Assembly: GCA_951406725.2 (NCBI GenBank)
Contig: OX597816.1
Span: forward strand, 68,386,001-68,450,000
Direction of reading: 5' to 3'
From: Octopus vulgaris
Lineage: Eukaryota
DNA length: 64,000 bases
In this document: positions 1-12,456 of the stretch, in pieces
Layout: every line of letters begins with the position of its first letter
Position numbering within the stretch: position 1 is the stretch's first letter
Made by a program: the position numbers and the translations under genes
Notes under the pieces: generated by a model
Databases searched by the model: none
The model's input: only the letters and a program-made list of their open reading frames with translations
What the model was told of the DNA's origin: nothing

Positions 1-480
1 TACAGACACATACAAATATATACGGAAGTTTATTCATGACGTCATAGCTTTGTAAAAACTTCAAAGAAACTTCGAGTTTGAGTACGATTTTACGATAAAT
101 TTTAAGGTGTGTGCAGATATTTAATCTTACCCTTAAATTTATGCCCAAATATTAGGTATTACTTTCAGTTTCTCACTGCATGCTTCAGTGTGCGTGTGTG
201 CCTGTGTGTATGCATGAATATAATATATGATTATTTACAAGTTTCATTTTATTTCGTGTTGCAATGAAAACAATTTAACAATCACACGACTTCACTTCAA
301 AGAATAAGCTCCTGCAATAGTATCTATCGACCATCAGAAATTTACTGTAGAAATATCCTTACCCCCTACTCTCTTCTGTCTCACTCCCGTTGTATGTATC
401 TCCCAGATGTACATAAAGAAGCTTAATTATCATTTCACATAACACTGCCGATTTCAGATTAACAATTTCCACAAAATATG

Positions 481-716
481 TTTGTTCCTTCTCGAGCCAT
501 GCCTGGCTCATAAGGGCCGGTTTCCCGGTTTCCTTGGCGTATAGGTTCCCCACATGGACGATACGCCGGTCCGTCGCAGGTGAGCTGCATGATGCAGAAG
601 GAAAGAGTGAAAGAAAGTTGTGGCGAAACAGTCAGCAGAAGTTCGCAATTACCTTCTGCCGGAGCTGCGTGGAGCTTAGGTGTTTCGCTCATAAATACTC
701 ACATTGCCCTGTCTGA
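481..716 (-). mobile_element. SINE family C relative, 5'-truncated at the B-box
   Basis: Shares blocks (gaaagagtga.agaaagttg; ctgccggagc..cgtggagct.tagg..tttcgctc) with the tRNA-headed SINE at 16200-16480; ends head-to-head against SINE A. Confidence 0.6.
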
Positions 717-939
717 GGTGAGCTGGCAGAAACGTTAGCACGCCGGGCGAAATGCGTAGCCGTATTTCGTCTGTCGTTACGTTCCAAGTTCAAATTCCAC
801 CGAGGTCGACTTTGCCTTTCATCCTTTCGGGGTCGATAAATTAAGTACCAGTTACGCACTGGGGTCGATGTATTCGACTTACTCCCTTTGTCTGTCCTTG
901 CTTGTCCCCTCTGTGTGTAGCCCCTTGTGGGCAGTAAAG

Positions 940-943
<4 letters not shown>
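717..943 (+). mobile_element. tRNA-derived SINE family A, tail type 1
   Basis: Head gagctggcagaaacgttagc...agttcaaattcc (A/B boxes), core gtcgactttgcctttcatcctttcggggtcgataaattaagtaccag, tail ...ccccttgtgggcagtaaagaaat running into (TA)n; many copies in the window. Confidence 0.9.
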
Positions 944-1002
<59 letters not shown>

Positions 1003-1384
1003 TAATTTAAATAAATGGCAAAGTAACAGGTAATTATCTAATGAAACTCATTAGGATGTTGCTCGATCAGAGCTGAGTGCTTGCATATCACCTTATAGCA
1101 CCATAGAATCTCCGAAAATGAAGCATAAGTTTATTTGAGTAAGCATTCAACTGTATGGAAAAGACCAGCGTCGACAAACTACAAACAAGAAGAAAAGTAC
1201 ATGAGAAATGGTAGTGAAGAGAGTTTGAAGGTTAAAGCCACTCCCAGAAATATTTAGACTCAGATATATTTGTGTAAACATATGTCAATAATGAACCTCT
1301 ATTTAAACACATATACACACGCATATAAAACATATGTGTATGTCATCATGTGATCTCTTGAGCACCACCAGCAAAAATATTATA

Positions 1385-1550
1385 AAAATAATCTTCCCTT
1401 CTTGGGATCTTTCCTTCTCCTTGTTTCCGACGAAGAGCTCCGCTCGAAACGTTAAACCCTCCTTCCCTTCTTTCCTGAGCGTCAAATAATACTTTAATTG
1501 TTCCACGTCCTCGCGTTGCTGTGTTTTTTTCTGTGTTTTCTTGTTTGGAT

Positions 1551-1554
<4 letters not shown>
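1385..1554 (+). mobile_element. Short PLE-pLTR-like element carrying a mini hammerhead, ending in (TA)n
   Basis: Homologous to the reverse complement of 14484-14660; 3' end ggattaac abuts (TA)n. Confidence 0.7.
1423..1457 (+). ncRNA. Minimal type-I hammerhead-like motif, variant core CCGACGA
   Basis: gttt-CCGACGA-a-gag-ctccg-ctc-GAAA-cg-TT-aaac; stem I gttt/aaac, stem II gag/ctc, palindromic ACGT stem III. Confidence 0.6.
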
Positions 1555-1615
<61 letters not shown>

Positions 1616-2080
1616 GAGCAAAACGGCCCCAGTCCAATGGACGATGCTGAGTTGTCAAACATTTAAACCAAATGTTCTCAAAACAACTTGTCCGACCATC
1701 CCATAGGTCTCCCCTTCGCGAAACACTGATTTAACCTAAATTTGAGACACCAGCAAAAGAAAAAAATGAAGATGACTTTTTTCTATTCCAAAGAAAAACG
1801 ATTTTATTCACACAAATATGCAACCGAAGAGTTTAAAGCACCAGTAATAATAAGGCTGTTGACTGGGAGAACACAAACATGGCTTAAACAGTTCTTTTCA
1901 TTAAAAAATCATTAAGCATGCCTTTATCTCAATAAATTTTTGGGTTTTGTTAAACGATGTTAAGGCAAAAAAAAAAAAAACTTCTTGAGAAACCAAATTG
2001 TTTTTCCTTCTTTCATGCCAAGTTTGAAGAAAATATCTCTTTTGCATCTTACTTTTTTGGTCTCTTAAATATACTGCATT

Positions 2081-2473
<393 letters not shown>

Positions 2474-2474
2474 G

Positions 2475-2516
<42 letters not shown>

Positions 2517-2744
2517 TATATGTATACATACATATACACGCGTGTGTGTATGTTTAATATGAATTGGTTTTATATTTTCGATACTATATAGCATCGATTG
2601 GTGTTATTATTAACATATATCGACAAATTTTACGATATAACCATAACGTAACTCGACGTCTACGAAGATAATTATTTTTGTGATAGAGTTGGTTTATGAA
2701 AATATTTTGTACATTACATATGTTTCTCTGCCGTTATAATGGTT

Positions 2745-2950
2745 TTTAGATTTTAACACAAGACCAGTAATTTCGCGGGAGAGTTTAAGTCGATTTCATC
2801 GACTCTTAGAGCTCATTTGGTAGTTAGTTTTCGTCCATGAAAAGATTGAATGCAAAGTCGGTTTCGGCAGCATTTGAACTCAGAAGGTAAAGACAGACGA
2901 AATGCCGATAAGCATTCTGCTTGGCGTGTTAACGATTCTGCCAGCTTGTC
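2745..2950 (-). mobile_element. SINE A, diverged
   Basis: gcaaagtcgg...tttgaactcagaa...aacgattctgccagct matches the reverse complement of the SINE A head and core. Confidence 0.75.
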
Positions 2951-3042
2951 GACCTCTCTCTGGTGACATAATAAGGCAAAATCAACTTACATATTTAGAA
3001 CATCTCTCTCCATTCTCCAGGCGAACAAAACAGTAAAATAAT

Positions 3043-3414
3043 TTTTTTCTACTCTAGTCACAAGGCCCGAATTTTTTGGGGAGGAGGCCAGCCAATTAGA
3101 TCGCTTCCAGTACGCAACTGGTACTTAATTTATCAACCCTCGAAAGGATGAAAGGCAAAGTCGACCTCGGCGGAATTTGAACTCAGAACGTAAAGACAGA
3201 CGAAATACCCGTTTCTTTACTACCCACAAGGAGCTAAACACAGAAAGGACAAACAAGGACAGACAAACGGATTAAGTCGATTATATCGACCCCAGTGCGT
3301 AACTGGTACTTGATTTATCGATCCCGAAAGGATGAAAGGCAAAGTCGACCTCGGCGGAATTTGAACTCAAAACGTAACGGCAGACGAAATACCGCTAAGC
3401 ATTTCGCCCGGCGT
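3043..3414 (-). mobile_element. SINE A dimer (tail 1 + tail 2) with 15-bp TSD
   Basis: Two cores; identical aaacagtaaaataat at 3028-3042 and 3418-3432. Confidence 0.9.
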
Positions 3415-3590
3415 AAGAAACAGTAAAATAATGTGACGAATTTCCGCATTGAATAAAAATCTTGCATCAAGTTTAGAAATACTTCTGAATACTTTTCTTA
3501 TTTTCCTTATTATCGGTAGAAGGTCACAAAGGTGAAATACAACGGAACTGCCATTGAAGTATGAGTGTGTATGCATCTATATATATATCT

Positions 3591-3621
<31 letters not shown>

Positions 3622-3639
3622 GTGTATGTGTGTATGTTC

Positions 3640-3793
3640 AGGCATGGCTGTCTGTTTATTAAGCTTGCTTCACAACCATGAGGTTTCGGGTTCACTCACA
3701 ATGTGTCGAACGTTGAGTAACTTATACTACAGAATCTGCCTAACCAATGTCCTCAGTGAATTTAGAGGACAGAATCCGAATGGAATCCCGTGA
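3640..3793 (+). mobile_element. SINE B 5' half, diverged
   Basis: ggcatggctgtctg...aagcttgcttcacaaccatgaggtttcgggttca, as in the other SINE B heads. Confidence 0.6.
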
Positions 3794-5064
3794 TCATTTT
3801 CTCTCCCTCTCTCTCTCTCTCTATTTAATTTATCTTATATATATGTACGTATATATCATAGCAAGTCAGGAGGCATGAGAGGTGAACATATTTATCTAAC
3901 CACTTGATATCCATAGATTTACGGCCAGTTCGTAGTCTTCATCTCATATCTCCTGATATTTTATGATCTATATACTCCATATGAAATAATTTCATAGATT
4001 GGCTCTCCTAGATTACAGCTTTCACAGCGTTCTACATCATACTCCATCGAAATGGATTACTATGTGGTATGGTAGCCGAGTCGACTAGAAGTGCTTAATG
4101 TGACTGCAACGAGATTCTATAAAACCATACATTGCACGCCAAATTGTATTCATGCATACATATATATGCATATTGAAAGCGCAAAATAGATAAAAACGTG
4201 GTCAGTATTGCCGAATGAATCGGTGACATTTAGATTCATTGATTCATTTCAGACAGAAATCGAACGAGGAAAGGGAAGCAGTCATTTCTTTTGTGGCATT
4301 ATGTCTTTATAAAAGGAAGACAATGTGATTTATGGAAAAAACAAAAAGCAAGAAAAAAAAAAGACCCACATAACAAGATTAGAAATGTATTTCTTCTTCC
4401 ACTCTTCGTATGTTCCTCATATCAAATCTTTTCTTGTTCTGTCTTCCCACACATTTGGTAACGTTTCCAAGATTTTATTTGTGGTATTCTGTTCCTATAT
4501 ATTTTATTTAATATACTACTATCTATTTTTATATATTTTAGTTAATATATTATCTACCTTCTCGGTGATCCTGTGGTATTACAATTGAGAACAATATATC
4601 CCAAAATATATTGATTCCGAATTCATGGCTGAAAATTCTCATATACGTATCTTTATTCATGACGCAAGGATAATAAATATGATGATACATACACATAAAT
4701 TTAAACAGATACACACAAACACACACATACACAAGCGCGCGTACACACATACGCAGACTCACACGTACATATATCTCAGCATAGATATTAAGTTATAGTT
4801 TATACTTGCTAGTGTTTATATACATATATGCTCTACAGGTATGTATATATAAAATGTATATACATTTCTATATATTGAGACATACACATGTCTACTACAT
4901 ATATATATGTATATGTGTGTGTGTGTGTGTGTGTATACCTATATATACCTATATATATACATAAACATATATATATATATACACATACACATCTGTATGC
5001 ATATATAAAATGTATATATATATATATACATATTTCTATATATTGAGACAAACACATGTCTACA

Positions 5065-5096
<32 letters not shown>

Positions 5097-5097
<1 letters not shown>

Positions 5098-5607
5098 ACA
5101 TAAGGGACTAAAGCCATCTGAATATGGCTAGGGACAGGGCAGGGTGGTGGGGGTGTTACTGTTGCATTTAGCCCCAGGCGAACATCGACGTCACCAGAAA
5201 GGCTCGACACCGTCACGGTGCCCTAAACCTGCAAAGGGAGGTAATTCCCCGATGAAGCGGAAACCACACACTAACCATGGTTTCAAGGTGTATTGCCTAT
5301 CCTCGGCGTGTGGTAGGCCTCCGCTTCCTCGACGAATTCTCTCTCTGCAGGATTTTCTTATATAGATTTTCAAGCAAAATACATTTGCTGATTTCGAAAA
5401 TCTGTTCGAAAGCAATAATAATTCTCTAAAAGGAATATAGACAGTAACTGCTCGACAACATAAGGGACTAAAGCCATCTGAATATGGCTAGGGACAGGGC
5501 AGGGTGGTGGGGGTGTTACTGTTGCATTTAGCCCCAGGCGAACATCGACGTCACCAGAAAGGCTCGACACCGTCACGGTGCCCTAAACCTGCAAAGGGAG
5601 GTAATTC
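5097..5607 (-). mobile_element. Retrozyme-like partial tandem (360-bp period, 151-bp identical direct repeats) with hammerhead
   Basis: 5097-5247 is identical to 5457-5607; flanked by (TA)n and (CA)n; no TG..CA ends; HHR-like motif in the unique middle. Confidence 0.75.
5267..5312 (-). ncRNA. Type-I hammerhead-like motif, variant core CCGAGGA
   Basis: Minus: cacac-g-CCGAGGA-t-agg-caataca-cct-t-GAAA-ccatgg-TT-a-gtgtg; perfect ACCATGGT palindrome in stem III; stem I extends into a long imperfect rod (cctgca...gaagcgga / tccgcttc...tgcagg). Confidence 0.65.
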
Positions 5608-5624
5608 ACACACACTCACTCACT

Positions 5625-5664
<40 letters not shown>

Positions 5665-6153
5665 CATACACATAAATATCTGTGTGGGAGGCTGATACAG
5701 ATGTTTCTGTTTGAACCTGTATATACATGTCTTGTGAATTGTATATCTTTATATATTTGAATCCATTGTAATTATCCATTGATTCCATACTGCCTACGTT
5801 CGTGATTAACGTGATCGCTTGATTAATTCGGGGATGCATACACAAGTATATATATATATATATATAATCGAATTCTTCAGACAGTCTATAACAGGTTATA
5901 TAGAACATCTAGTAAATTCCTGCAGGACAGTTTCTGCTAAATGTTACTTAATCTCTTCGGGGTATGAACCTCTAACTTCCAATTAAGAAGGCTGAGAGAG
6001 TTAAGGGTCCTACGGTTGAATGTATGTTCTGCTTTTGCAACTATAGAGGGAATAATAATGAATGCACACGTGCGTATATGTAAATACGCATCTAGACAGA
6101 TACGTACATACATGAGTATATATAGACGCGCACATATATTTTCATCGTCATGC

Positions 6154-6186
<33 letters not shown>

Positions 6187-6329
6187 CCCACATATACATA
6201 AACGTATATATAAACGTATGTATCACTGTATGTACACGTATATGTATATATATACATACATGCATATATATCGAAAAGGTATTTTTTCAAAACACGCCTG
6301 CTAGATAAGTTAAATTTGTCTAAAGTCGT

Positions 6330-6642
6330 AAGACACCTGCTGTTGTCCTGTTATTACCATTCTTGTTTTTTATTTTTGTTTTTGTTTTTTTGTATTTATA
6401 TTCGTGTGGCTTCGTCCGTTTTTCTTTCCTTGTTTCGTTTACATTCCATTCTTTTCCCAAGAAATCTAATGCTCGCAGCTTAGTCTTTCATTGGGGCTGG
6501 CCGTTTCGGAGCAATATCAGGATTAATCAGCCGAAATTTGCTATGATGATCCGGTTCCTGACTGGAGATTAAAGGCTTCGAAAGACCCGTCCGTTTTTTG
6601 TGTTCGTCTCTTTGTGTATTTCACGTTCTTGTCCTTTTTTAT
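6330..6642 (+). repeat. Unclassified interspersed element ending in (TA)n
   Basis: 3' end ttcgtctctttgtgtatttcacgttcttgtcc resembles the reverse complement of 19321-19360. Confidence 0.4.
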
Positions 6643-6687
6643 ATATAATTTTTATACCTATATATGTATATATATATATATATATTA

Positions 6688-6736
<49 letters not shown>

Positions 6737-7063
6737 ATATATATATATATGTTTAGAATGATAGATACATAGATAGATAATAGATACTTACATATATACG
6801 TGCATACATACATACAAACAACAATACAAACACATATAGTAACTATCTGATTGAAACAATCAGTTGGATGCTTCACGTAATATGAATAAATTAGGCAGAA
6901 TACCATATGGTATTAATATTGTGAGTTAAAAAACTTGATTCAACTAAGAGTATGTAATCAATTAGTGGAGAAAAACATTGCTCCAGGGAAATATTAAAAC
7001 TCAAAAGCAATAAGCAGCAATATCTAAGAGGATTCCTCGATCAATACACACACACGCAAACAC

Positions 7064-7103
<40 letters not shown>

Positions 7104-7252
7104 GTACAGTGTTTAATAAAATGAAGTAGCATGAAACAGTTGTACTACTCTACCTTGGATATAATTGTTGCTTATTTTGATTATATGTATAAATATATAT
7201 ATGCATTCTTACGCACATATATTTAAATGTCATATATATATATGTGTGTATT

Positions 7253-7304
<52 letters not shown>

Positions 7305-7507
7305 TGTACGTATGTATGTATCTATCAATCTATATAATATAAAGAACTCAATACATTGGTAGACAGAGAACAGTGTTTTTATTATAGTCATCTGTGTTAT
7401 ATGCCTTAGAGTGGTAGTAATAACTGAGACCTCACGATTATCCTGAGGGCTATGGAGTAGAATCGTGAGTTTTGATTCGATCATTTGTTGTTTCGCAAGT
7501 AGGTTAG

Positions 7508-7559
<52 letters not shown>

Positions 7560-7625
7560 ACACACATACAGACATAATTCACACGCAGACACACACATAA
7601 ATATATAGATATATGTGGACGTCTA

Positions 7626-7722
<97 letters not shown>

Positions 7723-7922
7723 TAAATTAGGGTATCTACGAGATACCACCATGCTGAAAATATCAGCTATGAACCGACTCTAAAACCACCTTAAGTTTCC
7801 ATAGAGCAACATGGTGAAAAGACAAAGAGACAAGATGAAACTAGTGAAAAATTACTGGATAATTCTAGATCCCGGATTTCTGACTTTCCATTTAGAAATG
7901 GTTTGCCTCGTCAGTAGAATAC

Positions 7923-7985
<63 letters not shown>

Positions 7986-8034
7986 CATTTATGTGTTGTT
8001 GGCTGCGCATGAACTAATCCAGTCTGGTTTTTAC

Positions 8035-8325
8035 ATTTCATGTCCTCTCCAGATTCCTCTCCAGTTTTGCGCAGGCCTGGGTTAGATGTAAGAAAATCCT
8101 GGGCAGCCCAACCGTCAGGATTCTTCTCTCGACCTTGCTGACGTAGTCCAAAGGAGTGCAGAGCATTACGTTTGGCACCAGCTTGGTTGCAGGAGCTGCC
8201 GGAAGGGTGTCGAGTCGAACACTAAACCACCTACAGGGCTCCACTCCCGATTTCTTTGAAGGTTGTCTCCTTTCCGTAACCTTGGATAAGGACCCATACC
8301 GGGTACTGTCAGCCGGAGCCAGTTC
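8035..8325 (-). mobile_element. RTE-clade LINE 5' UTR-like fragment
   Basis: GC-richer block (ctgggcagccca, gtcaggattct, tagtccaaagga, acgtttggcaccagcttgg.tgcaggag.tgccggaagg, ctccactcc) recalled from RTE 5' regions; not database-checked. Confidence 0.5.
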
Positions 8326-8660
8326 TACTCTATTATGAAATAGGGTTGTTGAATACTGTTTATTTGGTAGTATTTGTTTTAGTTCTTGGAGTCTTTTAGT
8401 CTGAGATTCAATATTCGAAACTATCGCACAATTAAGATTCAGTTGAATTAGGAACTTCAATTGAAGCACCTTACTAGGTCGGTGTAATCCGCACACCTAA
8501 AGTATGTTAATTGAATATTGAATATCAAGACTCCGTGCAGGTTTGTTTGCAACCCAGCTAAGTGAAGATATCCGCTCTTGGTAATTCAGACACGTACTTT
8601 CGTATAGGTACTTTCTATAGTATTACCGAAGTGCAGATTCCAAGTTAAGTGAACAGAATA

Positions 8661-8961
8661 TAAATGAGTAACGAAGATGTACAGGTGTCAATTCATTACG
8701 TTTGCTTCCAGCGGCTCTTTTAATTGATTAATGAAAACATTACATGAATTTGAAAGGAACGGTACTCGTTAGATGATCACATAGACTTCAAACACAAGGA
8801 TATAACCATTTAAAAAAATATGTTTGAAAATGGTTTTATTCTTATGGTTGAAGTGTATGTGGTCATCTTACGAGAACGATTTCTTTCAAACTGATGTAAT
8901 GTTTTCAGTATTTAATTAAAGGAGCCGCTTGAAACGGCCGTCAATCTTTGTTACTCATTTA
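8661..8961. repeat. Fold-back element (~135-150-bp imperfect arms)
   Basis: taaatgagtaacgaagat...accattt pairs with aaatggt...atctttgttactcattta; loop 8812-8827; followed by (CA)n. Confidence 0.85.
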
Positions 8962-9624
8962 CACACACACACACACACACACACGCAACAATCTCTGCCT
9001 GTCTGTCTCTGTCTTTTTGTCTATCTGTACGTCTGCCTCTCTCTCTCAATATATATATATGTATATATATATGTGTGTATACATGTCTACGCTTGAACTG
9101 GACGCATGTACTTGAATGCTTTTGTATTTGTAGTACGTTGGCCTTATATTCTTATTTATATTTCTTTTATGCGTAGATTTTTTTCTTTCGGTTGTTTTCC
9201 TTTAAATAGCTTCATTTTCACTAACTTTATATTTCCATTGCTTCACTTCTTTCGTTGCATATTCATGATTTTTTTCTAGTAATACATAACATTCCATATA
9301 ATAAACTGTACCACAATAAACTCCTGTATTGTAATAAGATAACCGCTTTAAATTAATAACCCTGCGCTCTTATAATGCATTACCCTTCAGTTCACTCACT
9401 CTAACTTTCTACCACATTCTGACGTATTGAAAATTAGTTGTATATATATATATATTGCATTGCTTTCATTTGGCAATCTAAAATCCATTATATAAATTTT
9501 TTCTTTGTTGTCTTTACCGTATATAATATTATCAACTATATTGTTATTAAAGCTAACAGTTACTGCAAGAATAAATATCTTCCATAACAGTATAACTTAG
9601 TATCTGAAGAACGTATGCATGCGC

Positions 9625-9678
9625 GCGTGTGTGTGTGTGTGTGTGCGTATATATATATATATGTATATATGTATATAC

Positions 9679-9709
<31 letters not shown>

Positions 9710-9786
9710 CATATATATATACATATATATATATACATATATATATATACACATATATATACGTATATATATATATACATATATAC

Positions 9787-9870
<84 letters not shown>

Positions 9871-9880
9871 GTATGTATAA
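9625..9880. repeat. (TG)n/(TA)n compound microsatellite
   Basis: Directly visible. Confidence 0.95.
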
Positions 9881-10434
9881 ATGTATATTTATACAACGTA
9901 CATATTTCACACAGATATAGATAAATGTATAATTAAATACTCTAAAAGTGACTATGATTCATATTTTTAATGAATCTATATTATATCTAGTTACTTAACT
10001 TAAATTACTTAAATTTGCTATCGTTCAACCTATTTTATTTTATATTCGTAACCGTTACTTGGTATTGTCTACTTTTATGATAATCTCTAAGAAAAAAATT
10101 ACTTAATTTCCATCAAAATATTCATTTAAGTTTATCATTCACTTCATTCGGGTCACTTAATACTTACATAAAGGGAGTTGTACTATTTCATTAGATTTAA
10201 TGGGTTTGTGAACACATTGACTCGCTTATCGCGTTTAAATACTCATTATCTTCTTCAATTTTAATCATAGTTATACATGCCACCCACAAATATGTACATA
10301 TATATTTGTGGGTGGCACAAATATATATATATATATTTATAAATGGTTATATCCATATATATATGTATATAACCATTTATATTTTATCTATGCATACACA
10401 GAAACATACACGTACAGTGTCATATACACATATT

Positions 10435-10450
10435 TCTATCAATCTACCTT

Positions 10451-10524
<74 letters not shown>

Positions 10525-10535
10525 CATCCATCTAT

Positions 10536-10584
<49 letters not shown>

Positions 10585-10649
10585 CATCTGTTTATCTGTC
10601 TATCTATCTCTTTATATATACACAGGCACACAGACGCACACACACGGAT

Positions 10650-10702
<53 letters not shown>

Positions 10703-10703
10703 C
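10435..10703. repeat. (TATC)n and (CA)n microsatellites
   Basis: Directly visible. Confidence 0.95.
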
Positions 10704-11295
10704 AAAAGACCCTCTAACAGTGCGTAAGGTGTAGAAACTTGCTGCTACTTGAATTGCATTAATAAATAAATAACTGTAGATCATGAAATTTCCCTATCTT
10801 TTCGTTTGCGCTTGCACATGAATTTAGGAATCCCCCACACCCACTAACGGGGACTTTTACATATGTCACGTGATCTACTAGAAAGAGAATCCAAATTATT
10901 CTACCTTTGCATAAAAAAGCGGATAAATAAAATAAAGCTTCCAGGATACAAAATTCCAAAATACATAACTTGGCGGTTGGAATATCTTTGATTCACAGGT
11001 ATGCTCTCTTTGGATTAAATTAGACTTACGTATCGAGAATAATTTATACACACATGATCAAGACACTAGAGAAAGTGGTAACATATGTATTATATACGTT
11101 ATTGCTACATTGCTTAGGAATTCAATTCATATGATGGCTGACATCAAAATTTTCTCACAAGAAATCCTTAAAACGGATAGGAATATCATAAACGAAATGC
11201 TTATTGATGCAGAAGGGTTTCTGTCATTGCAAGGGATTCAGTAGAAGCACCTGCAATATATCTGAGTAGCTCTCGTAACTTCTGGAATTAATAAT

Positions 11296-11355
<60 letters not shown>

Positions 11356-11357
<2 letters not shown>

Positions 11358-11727
11358 ACATAGTAACTTCTATGCTGAAGTGGAGACAACATGTTCTTTG
11401 TCTATATCCTTAACTTCTTGGACATTTTAAGTATAATTATACTAATGTGTCCATCTGTTCTAATTTAATTAGATTATATGTGTTTGTGCAGCTGAGGATT
11501 GCTCTGCATTTTAAATTGATGTTATGATTGCATTGTTTGATTAAATGGAGTTGCCTGAAACAATCGTACTGCATTACCTCTGGATATCCTTGCTGCTTAT
11601 TTTGATTTTAATCATCTTACTTTGAAATTGAATGGATAATACCGTACTAAATTCTGTTGCCTCAACTTAAGTATCATATTCATTTGAATCTAAGCTTTTT
11701 TGCTGAACTCATCTACCATACCCAAAG
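11356..11727 (+). mobile_element. PLE-pLTR-like fragment with hammerhead, between two (TA)n tracts
   Basis: Bounded by (TA)n on both sides; contains the HHR at 11487-11573. Confidence 0.6.
11487..11573 (+). ncRNA. Type-I hammerhead motif, canonical core, long stem II
   Basis: tgcag-CTGAGGA-[58 nt, cattttaa/ttaaatg]-GAAA-caatcg-TA-ctgca; perfect 5-bp stem I, GUA site. Confidence 0.7.
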
Positions 11728-11744
11728 TATATATATATATATAT

Positions 11745-12397
11745 ATTGTTGGAATGGGAGATGAAAGCGCACTCAAACAACTGTTTTATGGCGAATTTAC
11801 TGAGGAGAAATGGAATCGGTGTAAACCTAAAAAAAGGCTTCAGGATGGCATAAGGATCACCATGAAGTAATTTGGAGTGGATTTAAAGGCTATAGAAATC
11901 CTTGCTTCAGATCGAGCTGGGGGACAACCAAAGTGTGGAGTGAAGCGAAAACGTTTGAATAGGCCAGGATAACGCATGCAAGACTCAAGAGAGATTTAAA
12001 GAAGAAGGTTGCAATCGAGAAGGTGAATCTCAGTGACCTTTTTGTGCGCACAGTTTGTGGCAGACCATGCCTTTTCTTTCCTAGGCTCAAATCTCATTTG
12101 CGGACCCATGAAAAACGAACCTCCACCAATTATTCTGCCACTCATGTTCACACCTTTCAGTGCCGTGTATGTCATAAGGTCAGCCAATCCAACGGAGGCG
12201 TCAACAAACATTTTAAGATCCACAAAGATTAGAACTTAACTACAGCTCTTGGTGGTCCCGATCGGATATGCAATATATGTGGGTCTTTGCAATAAATTGA
12301 CAGGTTTAAAAAGCCACATCAGACACCAAGATGGATGTAAGGTGTAGGTACAGGAGGTGGGTAGACTCTGCATAAGGAGTAGACAACCAACATATCT
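11745..12397 (+). mobile_element. RTE LINE 3' end, degraded ORF C-terminus with C2H2-type fingers
   Basis: MGDESALKQLFYGE...KPKKRLQD...LASDR is the RTE post-RT motif; then VCGRPC...LKSHLRTH, CRVC...NKHFKIH, CNIC...LKSHIRH; stops and frameshifts; ends in (CA)n. Confidence 0.85.

Positions 12398-12456
<59 letters not shown>

Noticed and set aside
5120-5165. Twister-like TAA...GTCCCTAGC on the minus strand
   Set aside because: No P2 partner strand or pseudoknot complement.
5263-5386. HDV-like ribozyme fold on the + strand of the 360-bp unit (P1 accacac/gtgtggt, P3 gcc/ggc, P2 aggtgtatt/aatacattt)
   Set aside because: L3 lacks the UCC..G pattern, P1.1 and P4 do not close, and P1 largely mirrors the minus-strand hammerhead stem I.
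9553-9924. Many long ORFs of YI/HT/VC/YLSI/MYVC repeats here and throughout the window
   Set aside because: Stop-free microsatellite reading frames, not genes.
11798-11812. CTGAGGA-GAAA inside the RTE fragment
   Set aside because: No stem II or stem I; coincidental in coding sequence.
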